The translations under genes were made by a program, and so were the position numbers. The notes under the pieces were generated by a model. The model saw only the letters and a list, made by a program, of their open reading frames with translations, had not been told where the DNA came from and searched no databases. DNA of 11,355 nucleotides from contig JAFCCL010000017.1 of assembly GCA_017610205.1 (NCBI GenBank), positions 1 through 11,355 on the forward strand. Reading direction: 5' to 3'. This document shows positions 6,664 through 11,355 of this stretch, one piece after another; position 1 is the stretch's first letter; the number at the start of each line of letters is the position of its first letter. Origin of the DNA: Candidatus Iainarchaeum sp. (lineage in GTDB: Archaea; Iainarchaeota; Iainarchaeia; Iainarchaeales; GCA-2688035).

Positions 6664-7673
6664 AAGAGGAAGAAAAGGGCTTTGAGAGGCGACTAGTTAA
6701 AGATTTCAGCTTTGAGCTTGAGTTTGACGAGCAAAAGCTGAGAAATTTTGCAGAAAAGGCAAACAGGCCCCTGGATTTTGTTCCAGAACAGGCTTTGTAT
6801 GACTTGGATTGCGGCGAGCTCGTAGACAATCACTTTGCAATCAACAATGTTGGCTTGCTGTTCTTTGCAAAGCAGCCGGAAAAGAGACTGAAACAAAGCT
6901 ATGTTACTTGCGTAAGGTATCATGGCAACACAATGGTTTCAGCAATAGACACAAAGGACTTTTACGGCGACTTAATATCTCAGGTTGAGGCAGCTGAAGA
7001 TTTTGTAAAAAGGCATACAAGGCTTGCATTCAAAATGGACGGCTTCAACAGAATAGACATCGAAGAATACCCTTACACTGCGATTAGGGAAGCAATAATC
7101 AATGCCGTCTGCCACAGAGATTATGACCTTCAAAACAACATTTTTGTAAACATCTTTGATGACAGAATTGAAGTAATCAGCCCTGGAAGCATTCCAAACG
7201 GCTTAACTCTGAAAGAGGTTGAGGGAAAAAGCATTCCAAGAAACACGACAATAACCGACTTGTTCAGGAAAGCAGACTACATTGAAAAGCTTGGAACAGG
7301 CCTAAAAAGAATGCATGAGGAAATGCTGATGCATGGCCTTAGCAGGCCCCGCTACACTGTAACCAAAGCGTATTTTGAGGTTGTTTTCAAGGGGCCTGGA
7401 GACAAAATCCTTGATTTGGTGCAGCCAAGCAACGAACTTGACTTGAGGACACTGGGCTTGAATCAAAGGCAAATCAAGATACTACCCTACTTGCAAGAGA
7501 ACAGGTTTATCACAAGCGAAGAGCATTCAAAAAAGTTTAGCATAACAGAAAGAACTGCAAGAAGAGACCTTGAAAAGCTTGTGGAGATAGGATACCTTGA
7601 AAAGACCGGCAAAACCAAGGCAAGCAAATACTCCCTTAAAGAAAAGCTGCCGGCCTTGTCCGGAGAAGAGTGA
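6660..7673 (+). CDS. HATPase_c_4 ('RecG C-terminal-like') ATP-binding domain protein with C-terminal DeoR-like winged HTH; lacks the usual N-terminal AlbA_2 domain
   Basis: Motifs EYPYTAIREAIINAVCHRDY, IFDDRIEVISPG, PRN and IEKLGTG, with HTH ITERTARRDLEKLVEIGYLEKTGKTKASKY. ATGA overlap with the integrase stop. Confidence 0.85.
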   Translation: MKEEEKGFERRLVKDFSFELEFDEQKLRNFAEKANRPLDFVPEQALYDLDCGELVDNHFAINNVGLLFFAKQPEKRLKQSYVTCVRYHGNTMVSAIDTKDFYGDLISQVEAAEDFVKRHTRLAFKMDGFNRIDIEEYPYTAIREAIINAVCHRDYDLQNNIFVNIFDDRIEVISPGSIPNGLTLKEVEGKSIPRNTTITDLFRKADYIEKLGTGLKRMHEEMLMHGLSRPRYTVTKAYFEVVFKGPGDKILDLVQPSNELDLRTLGLNQRQIKILPYLQENRFITSEEHSKKFSITERTARRDLEKLVEIGYLEKTGKTKASKYSLKEKLPALSGEE

Positions 7674-7760
7674 TTTTGTCCGGAAAATGTCCGGAAAAAA
7701 GGAAACACTCTTGACCGATTAGTGTCCGAATAAATGTCCCAATGTCCGAATAATGTCCGA
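7657..7760 (+). repeat. Array of 8 TGTCCG-like direct repeats
   Basis: TGTCCG at 7657, 7677, 7688, 7723, 7743 and 7754, with variants TGACCG at 7712 and TGTCCC at 7735. Confidence 0.9.
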
Positions 7761-7956
7761 AAAAATAAAGCAAGAAAACAGCTTCTTTCCTATCAAAACA
7801 GATTATCCTTCCCCTATTCGATTCAGAGATGGGGTGTAGGCTTTAAACAAGCTACAAAAGTAAGTAGCACAACCCATCAGGCGAGAAAAGACTGGAAACT
7901 GAATGGTTTCCTCCTGTTAATTATAGGTGTTTTTTAATTTCAATTTGCTTGTTTTT

Positions 7957-10497
7957 TTATGTTTCGCGTTTTTTGTAGAATCTTTTTTTTGCTGTCTCTG
8001 CTAAGGCGAAGTATGCTAGTAGGATTATTCCGATTGCTGTTAGTATGGGTATTGTGAGTTGTTCGAATTCGAATAGGAATGCTATTGGTGAGTAGATTAG
8101 GCTTATGGTGAGTATTGTTGCTGCTATTGATGAGTATATTAGGAGTTTGCTTGGTTTGGATTGCCAGAAGTTTTTCTTTGTTCTGATGGCGAATGTTATG
8201 ATTATTTCTGAGAGCACTGATTCTAGGAACCAGGCTGTTCTAAACGTTGCAGGGTTTGCTTTTACTATGAACAGCAGGATGCCCATTATTATGAGGTCGA
8301 ATACTGCGCTGATTGCTCCGAAGAATAGCATGAATTTTGTGATTTTTTTTATGCTCCATCTTTTTGGCTTGTGTAGGTAGCCTTCGTCAACGTTGTCGGT
8401 TGCGATGGTCATTAGGGGGCCGTCTGAGATAAGGTTTCCTAGCAGTATTTGGCTTGGCAGTAGTGGGATGAATTTTAGGAAGAGGGATGATATTGCGAGC
8501 GTGAACATGTTTCCGAAGTTTGCGCTTATGGTGTTGAAAATGTATTTTGTTATGTTTGCGAATGTTTTTCTGCCGCCTTTTATGCCATCGGCTAGGACCA
8601 AAAGGCTTTTCTTTAGCAGTATGATGTCTGCACTGTCTTTTGCGACGTCGACGGCTGAGTCAACGGTTATGCCTACATCTGCTGCTTTTAATGCTGGTGC
8701 GTCGTTTACTCCGTCGCCTAAAAAGCCGACTATGTGGCCTTGTTTGCTTAGCCCTGTGACAATTTTGAATTTTTGTTCGGGCGTGATTCTTGCAAATACG
8801 TTGTGTTCTTCGATTGTTTTGAGTAGTTCTGTTTCGTTCATTTCTTCGAGTTCTGAGCCTAGGATGATTTTGTTTTTTATTTGCAGTCCGACTTGTTTGC
8901 ATACTTCGTTGGTTACTAGCCCGTTGTCTCCGGTTAATAGCTTTAGTTCTACGCCTAGGTTTTGAAATCGTTTTAGTGATTGTACTGCTGTTTTTTTCGG
9001 GGGGTCCAAGAAGGCGAGGAAACCTTTGAAGGTTAGGTCTTTTTCGTCTTCTGCCGTGTACTCTTTTTTCGGCCCTATTTCCTTGAATGCTACTGCCACT
9101 ATTCTGAAGCCTTGGCTGCTTAGTTCTTCGAATTTTTGCCTTAGCTCTTCTTCGTGCTTTTTTATTGGGATTATCTGGTTCTGTTTTTGAACAGAGTTGC
9201 ATACTGGCAGAATTGATTCTGGTGCGCCCTTGCATATGAAAATCTTTTTTCCGTCTTTTTCGATCACTGCGCTCATTCTTCTTCTTTTGTGGTCGAACTC
9301 TGTTTCGTCGATTTTTTTGTATGAGTCAATTTTGGTTTTTTCTTTTTTGTTTGCATACTCCCATATTGCAACATCGATGACGTTTCCTTTTGCTCCGTCT
9401 TTTCCAACGCTTGCGGAGTTGCAGAGCAGGGAAAATTCAAGGACTTGTTTTGATTTTTTTCCATCTGCGTCAAAGTATTTTGCTAAGGCAACCTTGTTTT
9501 CTGTTAGGGTGCCTGTCTTGTCCATGCACAATACATCAACGTTTCCCAGGTCTTCTATTGCAACAAGCCTTTTGACCACGACCTTTTTCTTTGCCAAGTG
9601 TATTGCTCCTGAGGAGAGGGTAATTGTGATTATTATTGGCAGGAGTTCTGGCGTTATGCCTACTGCGATGGCAAGCGCGAACAGGAAAGATTGCAGGATT
9701 CCTTTTCCAAGCAGTGCGTTTGAGGCAAAGACAACAATGGTCAACAGGAAAATTACTTTTAGCAGAAAGTTTCCGAATTTTTTGATGTTTTTCTGAAAGT
9801 CTGTTGGCGGTTCTTTGGCGCTTAGGATGGTTGCTGTTTTGCCGAACTCTGTGTCTTTTCCTGTTGCGATAACCACTCCTTTTCCCAGGCCGTCTGATAC
9901 TGTTGTTCCCATGAAAGCAATGTTTTTCTGCCGTGAGGGCTGGGCCTTTTGCAGGGCTATTGTTTCAACTGTCTTGTGGACTGGAAAGGATTCTCCGGTT
10001 ATGACTGACTCGTTTACTGCAAGTTCTTCTGTGTCTATCAGGCGAATGTCTGCTGGTACAATGTCTCCGATGTTTAGGAAGACGATGTCACCCGGGACAA
10101 GTTCTTTGACGTTTATTTCCGTTTTTTGGTTGTCTCTGAGGACTTTTGCCTTGAATGAGATGTATTTTTTTAGTTTGGCCAAGGCCTTCTCGCTTTTGAA
10201 TTCCTGGTAGAAGCTGAGGGCGGCATTCAACAAAACGATTCCGATAATTATTGCCGCTTCAATGGATTCGCCTAAAAAGCCGGCAAGAATGCTTGCAGCA
10301 ACCAAAATCAGAATCAATGGGTTTTTGAACTGTGACAATAAAATTGAATAGGCTGTTCTCTTGTCTTTTGCAGCAATCTCGTTCAAGCCAAAACGTTCAA
10401 GCCTTTTCTTGGCTTCGGCAGAACTCAAGCCGTTTTTGGAGGAGTCAAGCTTTTCAAACAAGTCCTTTGAACTAAGAGAATAATGCTCTTTATTCAT
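7957..10497 (-). CDS. mgtA: Magnesium-translocating P-type ATPase (P3B, MgtA/MgtB-like)
   Basis: General P-type motifs TGES, DKTGTLT, KGAPE, DPPK, TGDN and GDGVND. P3B-type signatures GITPELLP, NFGNMF, PLLPSQILLGNLISD and FRTAWFLESVLSE. Confidence 0.88.
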   Translation of the reverse strand: MNKEHYSLSSKDLFEKLDSSKNGLSSAEAKKRLERFGLNEIAAKDKRTAYSILLSQFKNPLILILVAASILAGFLGESIEAAIIIGIVLLNAALSFYQEFKSEKALAKLKKYISFKAKVLRDNQKTEINVKELVPGDIVFLNIGDIVPADIRLIDTEELAVNESVITGESFPVHKTVETIALQKAQPSRQKNIAFMGTTVSDGLGKGVVIATGKDTEFGKTATILSAKEPPTDFQKNIKKFGNFLLKVIFLLTIVVFASNALLGKGILQSFLFALAIAVGITPELLPIIITITLSSGAIHLAKKKVVVKRLVAIEDLGNVDVLCMDKTGTLTENKVALAKYFDADGKKSKQVLEFSLLCNSASVGKDGAKGNVIDVAIWEYANKKEKTKIDSYKKIDETEFDHKRRRMSAVIEKDGKKIFICKGAPESILPVCNSVQKQNQIIPIKKHEEELRQKFEELSSQGFRIVAVAFKEIGPKKEYTAEDEKDLTFKGFLAFLDPPKKTAVQSLKRFQNLGVELKLLTGDNGLVTNEVCKQVGLQIKNKIILGSELEEMNETELLKTIEEHNVFARITPEQKFKIVTGLSKQGHIVGFLGDGVNDAPALKAADVGITVDSAVDVAKDSADIILLKKSLLVLADGIKGGRKTFANITKYIFNTISANFGNMFTLAISSLFLKFIPLLPSQILLGNLISDGPLMTIATDNVDEGYLHKPKRWSIKKITKFMLFFGAISAVFDLIIMGILLFIVKANPATFRTAWFLESVLSEIIITFAIRTKKNFWQSKPSKLLIYSSIAATILTISLIYSPIAFLFEFEQLTIPILTAIGIILLAYFALAETAKKRFYKKRET

Positions 10498-10522
10498 TCA
10501 AAACAATAACGGTTTTTCTTAA

Positions 10523-10537
10523 CTTAAATGTTTTTTC
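10523..10537 (-). promoter_or_regulatory. Putative BRE/TATA promoter for leaderless mgtA
   Basis: Minus strand GAAAAAACA-TTTAAG ends 25 nt upstream of the ATG at 10497. There is no RBS. Confidence 0.5.
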
Positions 10538-10584
10538 AAGGCTTACAGCCCTTCTAGAGGTTACAATGAACCCTTTTTTGAAAA

Positions 10585-10599
10585 GGGAAAGATTAAATA
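10585..10599 (+). promoter_or_regulatory. Putative BRE/TATA promoter divergent from mgtA
   Basis: GGGAAAG-ATTAAATA. The expected start at about 10623-10625 coincides with the first base of a strong hairpin. An inverted repeat CCCTTTT-TTG-AAAAGGG (10571-10587) overlaps the BRE. Confidence 0.5.
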
Positions 10600-10622
10600 C
10601 TTCAGAGGCGTCATTTTTTGTT

Positions 10623-10743
10623 ACGCTGATTGGAGGCAAGATTCTTTGTGGTCTTGGGCGTCAGCGTGTTCAGCAGAAAAAATTGTGAAAAAAACTACTT
10701 TGTCTCTAAAGGCATTTTGCTGATGTACCGTGCTACACACAAA
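10623..10743 (+). ncRNA. Putative structured 5' leader RNA, no recognised family
   Basis: By-eye stems: ACGCTGAT/GTCAGCGT (10623-30/10660-67), CAAGATT/GGTCTTG (10637-43/10650-56), TCAGCAGAA/TTTTGCTGA (10670-78/10715-23) and TGTCT/AGGCA (10701-05/10710-14). Confidence 0.4.
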
Positions 10744-10761
10744 CAAGGGAGGAATCTTCAA

Positions 10762-10806
10762 ATGGCCGACGAGGATGAATATGAAAAAGACCCAGACGAA
10801 GAATAG
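10762..10806 (+). CDS. Putative 14-aa acidic micropeptide MADEDEYEKDPDEE
   Basis: GGAGG RBS at 10748-10752, 9 nt before the ATG. 9 of 14 residues are D/E. Confidence 0.5.
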   Translation: MADEDEYEKDPDEE

Positions 10807-10845
10807 GAAAAAAAATATTCGTGATTAAATTTGGAGGTTAAGGAA

Positions 10846-10932
10846 ATGGCAAAGAAGAAAAAATCCGCAAAGAAGAAAAGAAGAAATAAAAATGGAAAAT
10901 CTTTTCAGATAGCTTCACTTTGTTTTTTTTAG
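10846..10932 (+). CDS. Putative basic micropeptide MAKKKKSAKKKRRNKNGKSFQIASLCFF (28 aa)
   Basis: GGAGGT RBS at 10833-10838, 7 nt before the ATG. 9 of the first 13 residues are K/R. Confidence 0.5.
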   Translation: MAKKKKSAKKKRRNKNGKSFQIASLCFF

Positions 10933-10958
10933 AGGGGGTGTTGCCCCCCTTACTTTTT
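10933..10958 (+). terminator. GC hairpin plus T-tract terminator
   Basis: AGGGGG-TGTTGC-CCCCCT (10933-10950) followed by TACTTTTT. A T8 run also precedes it at 10923-10930. Confidence 0.6.
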
Positions 10959-11088
10959 ATCAATCCAATTCTGTTCAAAAAAAGAGTCCCTTTTTGTCCA
11001 TACTATTGGCAACATAGGTATTCGCATATGGAGCGGGTAGCTGAAAAATCGCAAGAAATATAAACACCTATTGCCATTATATAAAACT

Positions 11089-11220
11089 ATGCCTTACAGG
11101 AAAGGAGTAACCACTATTCAACTGACCCCTGGCACAAGGAACAAGTTAAAGGACTTGGGAAAGAAAGGGGAAAGCTACGAGCAGATAATCCTAAAGCTAC
11201 TGAAAACGGCGAAGAAATGA
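11089..11220 (+). CDS. Small ribbon-helix-helix (CopG/antitoxin-like) DNA-binding protein, 43 aa
   Basis: Manual translation MPYRKGVTTIQLTPGTRNKLKDLGKKGESYEQIILKLLKTAKK* shows the archaeal RHH pattern TTIxL...TRxxLK..G.KGESY..II.xLL. TATA-like AATATAAA at 11057-11064 suggests a leaderless transcript. Confidence 0.75.
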   Translation: MPYRKGVTTIQLTPGTRNKLKDLGKKGESYEQIILKLLKTAKK

Positions 11221-11355
11221 GCCTAAAAGCCAAGTTTTTCCTGTAGTATCCCGATATTTTTTCGCTTTAATTTAAACACTTTTTCTGGTACTACCTTAAT
11301 GACAAAACTATCGAATAAACGGATTAAATTCATTGTTAAGCGGGTTTCTAAGGGT

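Larger units (their letters stand above)
5286..11355. mobile_element. Putative integrated element / genomic island at tRNA-Tyr; right boundary not seen
   Basis: The integrase starts 70 bp after the tRNA 3' end and is followed by accessory-type genes (HATPase-HTH, MgtA, RHH). No convincing att duplicate is in the window. Confidence 0.55.

Noticed and set aside
1249-6923. Alternative-frame and antisense ORFs overlapping DUF116, tes, DUF2666, PAP2, the integrase and the HATPase gene
   Set aside because: They overlap well-supported genes almost entirely and have no motifs of their own.
7657-7760. CRISPR array
   Set aside because: Units are 6-8 bp with 8-24 bp periods, there are no spacer-sized unique sequences, and no cas genes are present.
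7734-7937. 67-aa plus-strand ORF (and the 7487-7708 minus-strand ORF)
   Set aside because: They start within or overlap the repeat array, with no RBS and no protein-like features.
8105-10210. Long antisense and alternate-frame ORFs within mgtA
   Set aside because: These are the usual codon-bias shadows of a P-type ATPase gene.
10640-10745. Minus-strand resemblance to a yybP-ykoY Mn2+ riboswitch (GTAGC...CAAGAC), or plus-strand GCTGATG resembling a fluoride riboswitch
   Set aside because: The conserved GGGGAGUAG and L3 loop of yybP-ykoY, and the 5' GATGG stem of the fluoride switch, are absent. mgtA also appears to have its own proximal promoter. An Rfam scan would settle it.
11030-11041. 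GGAGCGGGTAGC as a degenerate att copy of the tRNA-Tyr 3' end (GGAGGCGGGATTAGC)
   Set aside because: It needs three gap positions in 15 nt and has no T-arm similarity, which is consistent with chance.

Overview
Archaeal sequence, judged from a BHB-intron tRNA-Tyr with C1-G72, TATA/BRE-type promoters, and Tes and DUF2666-like genes. A small-genome DPANN-type lineage is only a guess. Positions 1-1100 are decayed accessory DNA: the left end and tnpA start of an IS200/IS605 element, a truncated gene remnant and a small AbrB-like ORF. Positions 1105-5285 are core-like: DUF116, tRNA-Thr(TGT), the radical-SAM tetraether lipid synthase Tes, a DUF2666-like protein, a PAP2 phosphatase and an intron-containing tRNA-Tyr(GTA) with non-canonical D/T loops. 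From 5286 onward lies a probable tRNA-Tyr-integrated element. It carries a Zn-ribbon tyrosine integrase with an apparently self-compensating triple frameshift, an HATPase_c_4-wHTH gene lacking its usual AlbA_2 domain, a helically phased TGTCCG repeat array, an MgtA-type P-type ATPase and a small RHH gene. The most novel candidate is divergent from mgtA and absent from the ORF track: promoter, structured leader, a 14-aa poly-acidic ORF, a poly-basic ORF and a terminator.
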